From the human T2T-CHM13v2.0 reference genome, Homo sapiens: a stretch of 64,000 bases of DNA. This document shows positions 44,900 through 58,094 of the stretch, in pieces; the stretch's first letter is position 1, and the number at the start of each line of letters is the position of its first letter. A program made the translations under genes and the position numbers. A model generated the notes under the pieces. The model had not been told where the DNA came from. It was given only the letters and a program-made list of their open reading frames with translations, and ran no database searches. The stretch lies in NCBI RefSeq assembly GCF_009914755.1, contig NC_060944.1; one strand, given 5' to 3'.

Positions 44900-45351
44900 A
44901 AATGGTGAGAGAACTTTGGATGTGGAACGTGGAGGAGGAGGAACACGAAGTGGGGATCTCCACTTGGGGTGGTCAGCACTGCGGGTGCCCAGCAAAGTCA
45001 CTGCCTGGTCCACATCCCGGAGGGGTCTCTGCGCCTCAGTCGGCATCGCAGCTGATGGTGAAACTTTTGGTGTGGCAGAAGAGTGTCCACAAACTTCGGA
45101 AGGTATCCGCTACATCCTCCATAGCCGTGTATCCCTGCCGAGGGCGATCTTCTGGGGGAGCGGAAAGTCCTGCTCATGGGCCAGGGCTGGCTGGCTGGAG
45201 CCACTTGCGCGGCGCAGCCCTGGCGGAGGTTCAGGCGGCCCCGGTGTCGCAAGCGGCTGTGAGTGATGCCTCCTTGGGGCCGGAGTGGTCCCAGGAAGGC
45301 TGCAGACCAGGGCTGACCAGCGGGCAGCATGGTGGCCACGATGGAAGGTGA
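44900..45351 (+). ncRNA. FAM182A: FAM182-family (FAM182A/B-type) exon with a 149-aa ORF of doubtful coding status (ATG 44902)
   Basis: MVRELWMWNVEEEEHEVGISTWGGQHCGCPAKSLPGPHPGGVSAPQSASQLMVKLLVWQKSVHKLRK is recalled as FAM182. Polypyrimidine tract and AG acceptor at 44898-44899; donor AAG|gtatcc after 45102; candidate acceptor at 46048-46049. Paralog identity (A, B or other) unresolved. Confidence 0.6.
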
Positions 45352-46231
45352 TGGGGTTCGCAGCGCCAGGGGACCCAGCAGAGCCCGAGCCCGGGCATCC
45401 CGCATCTCCAGCAGCATCGCGGGTAGGCCTGGCGCTGGTGAAGTGGCGGCCAGTGCACAAGGCCCATGACCCAGTCCCAGAGGCCAGCCCATTGTCAGCT
45501 AACTTCAGGAACCCCGGGCCAGCTGAGGCCCCGGGCCCCATGGGCAAGACAAAGGGCAGAGGGTCCGCAGGCGGGGCCGAGTGCAGGCAGTGCAGGCCTG
45601 GCTCCACCGCCGCGGAGCTCGCAGGGCGCAGCAGGCATCGGGCAGTGACCAGGGCTTCCAGAGGAGGCTGTGCACCCCTGCAAAGGCTCCTGCCCTGCGT
45701 CCAGCCTATCCGCGGAGACTCCACGTGCACCCCCTCCTCATTGTCCTTGTCTAGGGCCGCGGCAAGGTCCTCGCTCCCATGGCGTGGCTCCAGGGCACAG
45801 GAGCCTGGGCTGAGCAGGTGGAGTAGGGTGAGCTCCGCCAAGAACCCAGTGAGAGTGGCGCCCCAGGGCGGCACAGGAGGCCGCATTTAACGTGTCAATC
45901 ATCTCAAAGATTTTATGGCATCTTCTTTTTGACATCTTATAATATCTATAATGTTTATTATATCTTGTGATATAATTATTAACACCACTTCATTGTGATT
46001 ATTATGATTATTTTTATAACAACACATCTTCAATTATTAATATTCCCAGTTGCTAGAGAAAAATGAAAACGACTAGTTTTGAAAGCCTCACCTCTGCCAA
46101 TGGAAGCACATTCAAGCATGTCGCCAACGCAATCCACTTTCCACCACTTTCACAAAAAACGTTACTGCACAATTATACTATCCTACCCTCATATACTTTT
46201 TTTGTGTGTGTGTACTTGTATGTATGTATGT

Positions 46232-46238
46232 TACATAT

Positions 46239-46286
<48 letters not shown>

Positions 46287-46287
46287 A
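46232..46287. repeat. (TA)n microsatellite
   Basis: Direct inspection. Confidence 0.95.
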
Positions 46288-46734
46288 AGTATGCCAGAGA
46301 TGAACAAGTATTAGAAAATTAAATGCAGACAGGTCATGTCAGTGCTATGTATAATGTGGTGTACTAAGTATAGATGTTCAACAGTGTGGGATCTAGGCTG
46401 GAACAAGACTCCTAGTCTTAAGCAATTCTTTCTAGGTTCAGTCTCTGGAAATAATGCCTTGAATCAAATGTGTGAGAAAATCAATGGGTTTTAAAGACTA
46501 TTCTATGTCAACTATAACATTTAATTTGGGGATTTCTGTCCCTTATAATGTCTACCTCATTTTGGATGGAATCCTTGAGGCCTGGTTTATTTTTCTTTTC
46601 CTTTCTACAGATCGCTGCTCAGAGTGAGGAATGGAGTTGTATTTTGAATAAAATATCCACGCATCCTTTTGTGAGCAAGGAGCATGATGGTACTTAGACC
46701 TACCATTTCTCGTTATGGTGGTTGCGGTTACAGT

Positions 46735-49700
46735 GGGGCTGGGGTGTTTACCTGGAGCCTGGACATCCACTGGGACATGATACCCACTGGGAATTTTTTG
46801 TGTCAATCTGGTCTCTGATGTCCACCTGGGGATTGGGTATCCACCTAAGGCCTGATGTTTACCTGGAGCCAGATGTGCACCTGAGACCTGATGTCTATCT
46901 GTGGCCTTATGTTCCCCTGGGGACCGATGCACACCTGAAGGATAGGTATTCATCTGGGGCCTGATACCCACCAGTAGTATGGGTGTCAACCTTGGGGCTA
47001 GTGTTCAGCTGGCGTCCACTGTCTACTTGGGGCCTGGTGTACACATGGGGCCTGGGCATCCACCTGAGACTTGATGTTTAATATGGTCTGGAGTTCTTTT
47101 GGGGCCTGTTGTACCCTGGAGCCTGGGTGTACACCTGGAGCCTGATGTCCCAGGTGAACAACTGGGTCCCAGGTGATCTTCAGGCCCTAGGTGAAAACTC
47201 CAGGCTCTAAGTGGACAACCAGGCTCCAGGCTGATGTTTACTGGGGCCAGATGTCTACCAGGCCCCAGGTGAAATCCCCAGGCTCCAAATGGACAACATA
47301 GCCCCAGGTTCCAGGTAGACATTGGAATCCAAATCAACACCAGGCCCCAGATGGACACCCAGGCCTGTGGTGGACATCAGACTGCAGAAGGTCATCTGGC
47401 TCGAGGTGGACATCAAGCCCCAGGTGGATACCTAGTCCCCAGGTGGATATCAGGCCCCACTTTGACACCAGTCCCTGGGTAGATACCTTGGCCTCAGGTG
47501 GATATCCAGTCTCTAGCTAAGCATCAGGCTCCAGGGGGACCCAGGCCCTAGCTGACTGGGGACTAGTGTTCATATGGGGCCACATGTCCATCTGGGCCCT
47601 AGGTGTCAACTTGTAGCCTGATGTCAACCTGGAAGCTGGTGTTCACCAGAGAGGACTAAAGTCCTCCTGGTGCCTGGTGTCCAACTTGGGACTTTGTGTC
47701 CACCTGGAGACCGATGTCCACTTGGGACCAGATGTCCAGCTGGAGCAAGATGTCCACCTGCAGCCTAAAACTTCACCTAAGGCCTGATGTTCCCCAGGGC
47801 CTACAGAGCCTATGTATCTACCTAGGGACTTGTGTCCAGGTGGGGCCTGAATTCCACCTGGGGCCTGGAATTAACCTGGGACCTGATGTCCACCTGAGAC
47901 GTGGGTGTTCCTCTGGAGTCTGATATCTATCTGGGGCCCGGGTGTCCTCCTGTGGTCTGATGTCCACTTGTAGGCTGGTGTCCACCTGGGGCCTGGGTGT
48001 CCACCTAGGAACCTGATGTATACCTGAAGTCCAGTGTCTACGTGGGTACTGATGTCTACCAGGAAAGTGATATAAACCTGGGGCCTGATAGCCACCTGGG
48101 CCCTGAGTGTCCACATATGTTCTGATTTCTCTTTTGGCCTGAGTGTAGGGCCTGAGTGCCACCTGCTTCCTGATGTTCACCAGGAACCTAGGTATTCACT
48201 TGGGGCTTGCTGTTCACCTGGGGCCTAATGTCCATGTGAGGCCTGGTATTCAGCTAGAGCCTGGGCATCCCCCTGTGGCCTGATGTTCAGTTGCTGACTA
48301 GGAATTCCACTAAAGCTTGATGTCCACCTGGGGCATAGGTAACCACTTGTGGCCTAGTGTTGCCCTGAAGCCTAGGTGTCAACCCAGGGCATAATGTCCC
48401 CTTGGGGCCTGCTGTCCACCTGCAGACTGGTGTCTACATAGGGCCTGGTATCCACCTGGGGTCTGGTGTCTGCCTGGGGCCTAGTGTCCACCTGAAGACT
48501 GAGTATAGACCTCAGATCTGATGTATGCCTGGGGCCTATTTATCCACCTGGGGACTAGCATTCATCTGGGGCCTCATGTCCACTTAAGCCCTGGGTGTCA
48601 ACCTGGTGCCTAATGGCCACCAGGGATCTATGTACTCACTTGGGGCCTGGTGCTCCCACAGGGCCTAGGTATAAACCTAGAGAATGATGTGCAGGTGGAG
48701 GTGGATGTCTTCCTGGGTGCTGGTGTTCACCTGGGGACAAGGGTCTCCCTGGGGACCAGTGTTTATCGGGAGCCTCATATGCACCTTGAACCTGCTGTCT
48801 ACCTAGGGCCCGATGTCCATGTTAAGGCTGGGTGTCCACCTGGGACCTGGTTGTCCACTTGGGGCCTAATGTCCACCTAAGACCTAGTGTTCACCTAGGG
48901 CCTGGGTGTCCACCTGGAGCCTGATGTTCAGCTGGAGATGCATCCATCCGAAACCTAGGTATCCACCCAGGTTCTGGTGTCGACCTGGGGTCTTATGTCC
49001 ACCTGGGGACTAGATATCTACCTGAGGCTTGATGTCCACCTGGAGCCCGATATCCACCTCAGAGCTGGGTGTCCACCCAAGTTCTGGTATCCACCCGGAG
49101 CCTGGTGTTCATCTGGGGCCCAGTGCCCACCTGGAACCTGGGTATCACCATGGGGCCTGGGTGTCCACTTGGAACGTGATGTGCACCTGGGACCTGAGTT
49201 TCCACCTAGGGCCTGATGACCACCGGAGACCCAGGTGTCCACCTGGGGTCTGATGTCTACCTGAAGCCTAGGTAACCACCTGTGCCTTGGTGTTACCTGT
49301 GCCTTGATTTCCACCTGAGCCTGATGTACACCTGGGGCCTGGGTGTCCATCTGAGGCCTGATGTACACCTCAAGTCCAGTGTCCACTTGTGGCCTGATGT
49401 CAACTTGGAAGCTGATATCCACCTGGGGACTGATGTTTTCCTGGGGTCTGATATCCAACTGGGATCAGATGTTCACCTAAGGCCTGGAGTTAATCTGGGG
49501 CCTGATGGTCACCAGGGACCCAGGTGTCCACCTAGGGCCTAGTGACCAACTAGGGCCTGATGTCCACCTGGAGTCTAGTATCCGCCTTGGCCCTGATGCT
49601 ACTTGAGGCCTGGGTGTCTTCCTAGAACCTGAGTCCCCAACTGGGCCCTGATGTCCACCTGAGGCCTGGTGTCCTTGTAGGGCCTGATATCTACCTAAGG

Positions 49701-49925
49701 CCTGGGTATCCTCCTGCAGCCTGATGCTCACCTGTAGGCTGGTGTCCATATGGGGCCTGGGTGTTCACCTGTGAGCCTGATGTACACCTGGAGTCCGGTG
49801 TCCCCTTGGTTACTAATACGTACCAGGAAAATGGTATATACCTGGGGCCTGATATACACCTGGAGCCTGTGTGTCCACTTGAGCCCTGATGTCCACCTGG
49901 GGCCTGGTGTTTACCTGGGGCCTCT
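46735..49925. repeat. Degenerate 18-19-bp minisatellite (consensus ~GATGTCCACCTGGGGCCT) with an inverted block at ~47149-47553
   Basis: Continuous (g/a)tgtccacctggggcct variants; 47149-47553 reads as the reverse complement (ccaggtggacatcaggccc). Confidence 0.93.
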
Positions 49926-51109
49926 ATCCACCCACTACCGAAAGTCAAGTTAGGAAAAGGGCCCAGGATAGGTGAGGAGCACAGAACAGGGACCTCATTC
50001 ATAAGAAATTCTGCTGTAGAATGTGTGCTCTAAGCTCTTAAAACAGCTCTGCCTCAGGAAAGACTGTCCAGGGCATAGGAAGCCCACACACAGGGTGGGA
50101 TGACAAGTTTGCATCTGGCACGGCTGGGAGCCCTGGGGGCCTCTGCCCTTTTGGCCGCGTTGTCTCCTGGCTTTTAGGGTGGTGGGATTCTCGGCTCTGA
50201 TTGCAGCAGGTGGATTCACTTAGCTCTCCTCCCCTTTTAGCATTACTGTCTTCTGTAATAAACCTCTCACTTTGATCTGCCAGGCTGTCAAATGCTTTGA
50301 TTGCCCTCTCTGTTTTGTTCCAATGGTTCATCAATCCAAATATCCACAACACAAGGACAGATTTTAGTCTCTTCATACAGTGGGATATTTCACAGCTATT
50401 AAAACAAATCAAATAAATGCTTGTGTATTGATATGCAAAGTTGTCCTGCATCAATAACTTTTAAACACATTTTATGATCCCACATCTATATCTATACATA
50501 ATGTTTGCCACTGCTTAAACAAAACAAAATCTAAGCTTTAGACTCCAAATGGAATTACAGGGGAATCTTGATGTCTGTGTTCTGCAGTTCTGTCATGTTT
50601 GAAATTGTCAAATAAACATGGTGCCTTTCCAGTAGCCACTCAGAATTCCTCCTCTCTGTCCACAAAGCATTGTCACCCTCCCTGTCCCATTTGCCCCAGC
50701 CCTGTGGAGCTCGCTGAGCTGGCACCATCATCTCTTGTAATAGACGAAGACATTGAGGACCAGAGAGGGGAAGCACCTTGTTGACATCCCACAGCTCTGA
50801 GTCAAAGTGGACTTGGTCTCCCTTACTAGATGTTTCCTAAAGTCCAGGGAGCCCTGGAGGCCCAGGAATGTAAGGGCTGGAGCCTGGGGCTTTCTGTCCT
50901 GAGGTAGGGGAGCTCACGGCTACAGTTCACGGCTTGAGTGCATTTCCTCTCAAGTACAATAACGGCTGCTTTGTAAGATGGAAAATATAAATGGCTGCCT
51001 GCAAATTTGTCAGGTAATGTGTTTGTCTCCCCTATGGGACTGTAAACTTGGACCTGTCTGAATCACCCTAGTGTCCCCAGCAGCAGGCCAGAGCCTGACA
51101 TATAAAATG

Positions 51110-52440
51110 ACTGACTTCATTAAATACCAACACCTTCTAGGTGCCAGGTACTGCTCTAGATGCTGGAATCTGCAGTGAATAAGATACCCAGAATCCCTGC
51201 CCCTCACTGTAGTAGAGCAGAACAGATGATGAATAAGTAAGCATGCAGGGTGTGAGATGGGTGGGAGACCGCATTGTGGAACCAGGCAGTGTGCAAAGCG
51301 GACACTCAGGAAAGAACCTGAGGGTTGAGCTGTGGATATAATGTGGATATGATGTGGATATGATGGAGGAAATTCGCCCCTAACATGAGTGGAGACACTC
51401 CAGCTACAATAACAAGCAAAGGTGGAGAAGGAAGCACAGAGGCAAGCAGCTGGGGAGATGTGGGGGTGGGATCCAGGGAAGGTTCTCTCTTTATTGCATC
51501 TATTTTCAAATTGAAATAGGAAGCAAGGCAACAGGTGTAAGGAAGGCTGAGGAAGGTTTTAGAGGTTTAAGGAGGAAGGAGGAGGCAAGATACTGTTGCT
51601 TGGGGACAGGGCAGCACTTCTAGAGCTGGGTGCCTGGGCTCCAGGGCAAGTCACTTCATCTCTTCCTGTGCCAGCATCTCCTCAGCTGTGAAATAGTGAT
51701 TATTATAGAACAGATTCATAGAGTTTGATGATAATTAAATCAGTTGGTATTCATAACATGCTTAGATTATATATTTTTTTATTAAGATAACAAAGAAGTC
51801 TGGCAGACTTATGGACTCAGGAAATGAGTGAGTCTGTAGAACATCATCCAGTGCCCACTGGAGGTTTGGGCTTGATGATTAAATGAGAGCAAAAGGCATG
51901 TGTGTTTCTCTCTGGCTGTGCACAGCCACCTGAGTGCAGGAGCAGAGGGAGTGGGTGCCTGGTTTTCAGCAGAGTGCAGTTTTCCCCTGGGAGTACAATT
52001 ATTTGTGGGGCAAGAGAGTGGAGAGTGTTAGAGAGGGTGGATGACAGGCTGGGCCATATAGTCTCAGCTGGGAGGAGGGGAAATTTGCAAGAAAGTGAGT
52101 GAGACACAAAAGTGAAAATTTGGAGTCATTGAAGTGTGTCGGAGTTGGGAGGCAGCTGGAAAAAGGAAAATGGTGGTCAAAAAAAGGGTGTTTGAAATTG
52201 AGGGTCTGGAGTAGCTACAGTTTCTGCAGTGATAAGGACAAGAATTTACAGGTAGGAGTGGGTGACACAGGGAGGGTGGAGACAAGGTCTCTAGGGGTGG
52301 AGGGACCAAGAGCCAGAGCATGAGGAGGACTCTCTATGTGCATGTTGACATCACCTCAGCAGGAGAAAGTGCCCATGAACCGGGAGCCAAGTCCTCAATG
52401 CATAGGGATGCGGCCCTGGGTGCAATCTGAGGGCAAGAGC
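51110..52440. mobile_element. L2 and MIR fragments
   Basis: L2-type gtgccaggtactgctctagatgctggaatctgcagtgaataaga; MIR core at ~51620-51770; purine-rich L2-like body. Confidence 0.5.
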
Positions 52441-52464
52441 TTCAATATTGATTCCCTTCGTGTG

Positions 52465-53081
52465 TCACCGTGTCCTTGGGTAATTTTTCTTTGTGTGAAC
52501 ATCACAGAGTGTGCTTACACACACCTCAATATTGTACCTACTGTACACCTAGGCTCTGTGGCACAGCCTACTGCTCTCAGGCCGCACACCTGGGCACAGG
52601 TTACTGCAGTGAATACTGTTGGCAGTTGTAGCACAATGGTCAGTACTTGTGCATCTAAACGTATCATGAAAAGTACAGTAAAATCGTAGTATTGCACTAT
52701 ATAAAAATATAGTATGGTACCTAGACATGGTGCACTGGTCTAGGACACTTATCATGAATGGAACGTGCAGGGCTGGAAGCTTCTCTGGGTGCGTCAGTGA
52801 GTGGTGAGTGAAGTTGAAGTCCTAGGGCGTGACTGCGCACTACTGTAGATTTTATAAACACTGGACACTTAGGCTACACTACGAGATATATATTTCTTTT
52901 TCTATAGAATTATAAATCTTTTTTAATCAATATATTTTTAAAGTAACTGTGCCATAACGTTACAATTGTTATGTCACTGGGCTAGGCAGTAGGTGTCTTT
53001 CGGCCCCATTATAGTTTCATGGGTCCACCACTGCACATGCGGTCTGGGTTGATGGAAACATCATTTCGTGGTGCATGAATG
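52465..53081 (+). mobile_element. Tigger3 (Golem)-family DNA transposon
   Basis: gtgtgaacatcacagagtgtgcttacaca ... gaatactgttggcagttgtagcacaatggt ... terminal gcggtctgggttgatggaaacatcatttcgtggtgcatga. Confidence 0.8.
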
Positions 53082-54465
53082 GATTTTTATGGGAGAGCAG
53101 GATGATGAGCTGAAAGAGGGAGGCAATGGGAAGCAAGGAGGACCTATCCTGCTCAGGCCCAGGGAAGGGCTGCAGCAGAGGACAGCAAGGCAGCAGTGTC
53201 CTCAGGGGATCGGGCCTCTTACAGCAAGGAAGAAAAGGAAGAGTTCCCTGAGGCTGCTGAAACCCAGAGGGCTGCTGGTGCTGGAGCAGGATTTTGAGGA
53301 CATGCAAAAGGGTTTCAGCAAGGGAGGGAGGGAGGAAGGAACTGGGGAGCGAGGGTCAGCCCAAGATAACCAGGTCTCTCCCAGGAATCTTCTGGCCACT
53401 CAGAAGTAGTGCTCACACCCAGTTGAGCCCACAAAGGGCACCCGTGCCCAGCGTGAGAACCTGGTCTGCCTATTGCCCAGCCCTGACACAGCCCAGCCAT
53501 TGCTGGCACCTGCTGTAGCCCCTAAGATGGATCAGCCTGGTCGGGTCCTCAACAGCCCTCACTGAGGCAGGTAAAAACACAGGCACCTGTGATAAGAGGC
53601 AGGCAGAGGCAAGTCACATAGTAGTGTCAGACCAGGTGCTGCAGGAGCCCAGTCAGAAGGGCACTGAATCCAGGCAGGCTTTCTAGAGGCAGTGACTCAG
53701 GATTTGTGTTCCAGTTGTGATGGTGGCACATCCAGGAAGCAGCGCATGGTCCAGCTGGGCACATTGGGACTGGAGGCTGTTTTTTCGTTTTTGTTTTTGA
53801 GACGGAGTCTCACTCTGTCTCCAGGCTGGAGTGCAGTGGCATGATCTAAGCTCACTGGAGGAGGCTGGTTTTTAATGAGTCTTGAGGCCAAGGCAAGGGT
53901 CATGACCAGGGTCCAGCCTCAGTAATGCACTCACCCCTTCACCCTGGGGCACTGCTGCAGGCCCACCATCACCAGCCTACATTTGCTCCCCTCCTGCCCT
54001 CTCTTTCCAGGAAGCCCCTCACCTGTCACTTCATGAAGAATATGGAAGCCAAGGAGGTCTTCTTCAGGCATTCTTCTCCACCCATGCACTTCCTCCCTCC
54101 CTGCCAGCTTCAAAGGCATTGATGTCCAGAGAGACCCTCCCCAGTTGCCCCACCTTTCCGTCAGCCTCTTCCAGGAAATGTCCTCTGACATCTCTCTGTC
54201 TAGGTCTCCCTGTCACTCTAGTGCACACCAAGACTGTTCTCCCTTTTCCTGTCAGCCACTGAGTCCACTCAGATATCTTCTGCTTCCCAAAATTAAAATT
54301 ACAAGTCAAAACAGAAACAGCTTCCATGTCCTTACACATTGTAGACACTTGGCTACAGCAGTGAATGACATAGACAAAGTCCCTTTCCTCATGTAGCCCT
54401 CATGCTAGTAGGGTGAAACAGATAATAAATAAACTAGTCAAATATTCAGCATGTGAGTTGGTGAT

Positions 54466-54602
54466 GAGAGCATGGTGGTTCATGCCTGTAATCCTAGTGC
54501 TTTGGGAGGCCGAGATGTGAGGATGGTTGAGGTCAGGAATTTGAGACCAGTCTGGGTAACATAGTGAGACCCTGTATCTACAAAAAATAAAATAAAGGAA
54601 AA
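54466..54602 (+). mobile_element. Alu monomer (FLAM-like) inside an L2 fragment
   Basis: catggtggttcatgcctgtaatcc ... gagaccctgtatctacaaaaaat. Confidence 0.8.
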
Positions 54603-57600
54603 GTGAAGGAGGATAGAATGTATCAGTGGGAAAGGGGGATGGGAGAGCCACATTTTAGACAGGGTGGTCCAGGAAGGTATAGCTCCAACCACTATTCCTC
54701 TGGCCCATTCCACATCTATCCCCATCCCACCCCCTGCACAGTGCTTGGGTCAAAGCCTCTCAGTCCTGCTTGTATTTCTCCAAGAGTGATCCAGGGACCA
54801 ACTGCATCAGAACTGTGGGGTGAGGTCATAGCCCCTGCCTGTGAGAAGTGCGGATTCCTCTGCCCGGACCAGAATCCCTGGGAACTGGACCCAGGAATTT
54901 CCCAAGATCTCTGGGGGACTCTGAGACAGCCCAAAGTATTAGAGCTGCAGGTTTCCTCCTGAAAAGGGAGCACTGTCTCAAGGGGTCCCGGTCACCCAGC
55001 TCTATCTTGTAGCCACCAGACCAGTCTCAGCCTTGGAGAATGCTGCTCTTTCCTCTTGGAATGCCCTTCCCAGTGTTCCTTGCCTGGTAGCTCTTACACA
55101 TCCCTCAAGACCCAACTCAAGGGCTACCTCCTCCTGACGTCACTCCCAGAACTTTCTCCTGTGTTTCCACTCTCCTCTTCACCAAGTGATGTTGACATTT
55201 CTATGTGACCATCTCTCTCTCTCTCTAGAACAGAAACGCCTACAGTTGCGGCCCCCTGTAGTGCAATTTGTGTCAGTCTAGGGAGAGTGGATTTGGAGCC
55301 CAACCACCATTGAGGAAAATCCATCTGACGGACATGGTGGGTTTCAGCCTAGACACAGGGGTCAGCGAGGGGTGGTGTGACAGTGAGCACAGACCCTGGG
55401 TGGTGGTGACAGTGGCTGTCATGGGGAGGAAAGGAATGGAAAAGGGACCTCATGGGAGCAGAAAGACAGGCCTTAGCTGCAGATGGGCCAGGACCCCGCC
55501 AGGAATCCAGAACACACATCCTAATCCCAGCTCCACTGTAAGTCCACAGCAGAACCCGGGCAACGACTTTCCCCTTTCTGAGCCTCATTTTACTCATCAG
55601 TAAAATGATGACAATAACTCCAACTTCACCAAGGAGATGCTAGGCTCCATGAGATGATGGATTGGAAAATGCCTTATGTTTCATGGCACAAAGGAGAGGG
55701 ATTCCTGACATGTGACAAGCACAGGGAGAGAGGAAGTGAGGGGTCTGTAAATGGCCAGGTGGCAGCCCCACCCCTCCACACACACAAACACCCATCGTGT
55801 CACCCACACTGGTGATTTTCCCAGGAGGGCCCCCGGCCTGGAATTAGCACTGCCAGGTGGGCAGGGAGGACGGCAGTCCCATTACAGGGGTGAGGAAACA
55901 GGCTGCGGATGGTCGCACAGGGAATAAGGAGCAGGGTCTAACTCCCCACTGCAGGCAGGGAAGATTGAAGTTGCTCCCTGGGAAGAGGAAGGGAGGCATT
56001 GACTGGCACTCCGTGATTTAGATGAGAAGCCCAGGCTCGGCCCAGTGACTTGAGCTTCCTGATGTAGAAGGTGAAGGATGCAGAGGAGGCAGAGGGCAGG
56101 AGGAAGAAGATAAGGAAGACAGCAGCAAACTGGAGTCACTACAGGACACTAGCTGCTCCAGGCTGCTCTGTCCCATTCTAAGAGAAAAGGAAAAGTGGAA
56201 GAGGGGATCACAGATCATGTCCAGATTCCTCACTGGCATACCTGCTGCTATGGAAACATCCCTGATGGTCCAGGTTTGTGGTGGGAGAGATTGCAACGCT
56301 CTGCTTCCTGGAAATCTGTGTTTACATCCAACACAGTTGCTGCCTGAGACAGCTCCACCTGAAGACCCCAGAGCTGCCCCAGCTTGCCAGGCTTCCCCTC
56401 CTCCTGTTATCACCCCATGCTGCTGAGAACCTGCCTGGCAGGCTTCCCAGCCAAGGCTGGGGCCTAATCTCAAGTGAAACTGACATGTCCCTGTGAGGAC
56501 TGAGGAACATCCTCTCTCCCCACAGAGCCTCACTCAGGTTCTCATCTACTTCCTTGGGGTTTGCCCCGCCTCCCTCAGGAGTTTGGAACCACATACTGTT
56601 CTGGAGGGGACCTCTCACTGCTGCAGAACCTGTCCTCCAGGACACCCACAAGTGTTCATCTTGGTCATGGCTAATTAACTTACCATATGGTAGTGAACTA
56701 CATTCTGGGGCCCCAATATTTTGTTTATTTTTTAAAAATAAAATTAGTACCATTGTTTATTTTCTGAATGTTCAGAAATATTTGTCTGATTATTATTTAC
56801 ATGCCCTTTGGGAAAACTTTATAAAATAAAAAAATATGAAGGAGAATCTTACCACACAGAGATAATCACTTTAATTATTTTTCTATTCATATTTGCACAT
56901 ACAGGTACATATGGGATCATGCTCTGTATCTGTTGGGAGTGCATTAATCTGAAAATTCAGTCACTTAAACAAAGACAGGTTCATTTTTCTTACATAGTTA
57001 GAGTACCTATGGTTCCTGGCTATGGTTCACTGGTTCAACAATGTTAGGCCCAGCATCTTTGTGAGTCTATTGGAATTTAGCTCACGGCTGTAAGACGGCT
57101 ACTGCAGCTCCAACCACTACATGAGTTTACAAGGCCAGCAAAAGCAGTCACTTCTGTATTCTTATTAGAAAAGCAAGAACTTCAGAGGTGACCCCCAGAG
57201 GATTTCTCTTTAGGTCTGGAAATCAGTTTAGATTGGCCAGAACCTGATCTCATGACCATCCCTAGCAGTAGAGAATAGCATTGTCATGATTGACTTTGGA
57301 TCAATCATAATTTATTGACTGAGAGTGCACATGTGGTCCCCCAAAGAAGATCAAGAAAGGAGGGAATTTGCAGTCTGTACTACAGCATGCATGCTGTTTT
57401 ATAATCTGCTCTTTCTCTTAATTGCATATTTCAAACATCTTTCCATACTAAGAAATATAGATTCAGTCATTCATTTAACAACAAATTATTGAGAGTGTAC
57501 TCTGTTCCAGGAACTTAACTTGGCATGGAGGACACAATAATGAACATAGTATACTCCTTGTCTCCATGGAGCTTAGCATCTAATGAGGGATACAGAAATT

Positions 57601-57917
57601 CATCAAAGAGGTTCACAAAGAAATGTAAAATTACGATTGTAATTTGTGCTGAAAAGGAGGGAGGTGTGTGGTGTGTGAGAGCATTGACAGGAGATTTGAC
57701 TCAATCAGGAGGGTCTGTGTTCTGAATGGCCATAAGCCAGCCCCTTGCCTAGCTGTAGCACAATTATTGCTGTATGTAGTCCAATCTCTTATTGCTGGAC
57801 ATTTACATTCTTCCCACATCTTACCTACTATCATCGATGCAACAATAAATACCCTTCGCTAAGTACCACTTGGCACACTTCTCTGATTATTTCCTCAGGA
57901 TAAATTTCTAGGGTAAA

Positions 57918-58045
57918 GCCAGGCACCACGGTTCATGCCTGTAATCACAGCTACTCAGGAGGCCAAGGTGGAAGGATCACTCTGGCCAGTAGTTCGTGGC
58001 CAGCCTGGGCAACATAGAGAAGTCTTGACTCAAAAAACAAAAATC
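57918..58045 (+). mobile_element. Alu monomer (FLAM-like)
   Basis: gccaggcaccacggttcatgcctgtaatc ... cagcctgggcaacatag. Confidence 0.75.
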
Positions 58046-58094
58046 CTAGAAGAAATGAACAATTCTTAGATGTCGAATTGCCAAATCAAGGGGT

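Noticed and set aside
46552-50002. Repetitive ORFs (QVDIRP, GPDVHL) suggesting a repeat protein, or a CRISPR-like array
   Set aside because: They arise from an 18-19-bp minisatellite with frequent frame changes and stops. There are no unique spacers, and the context is eukaryotic.
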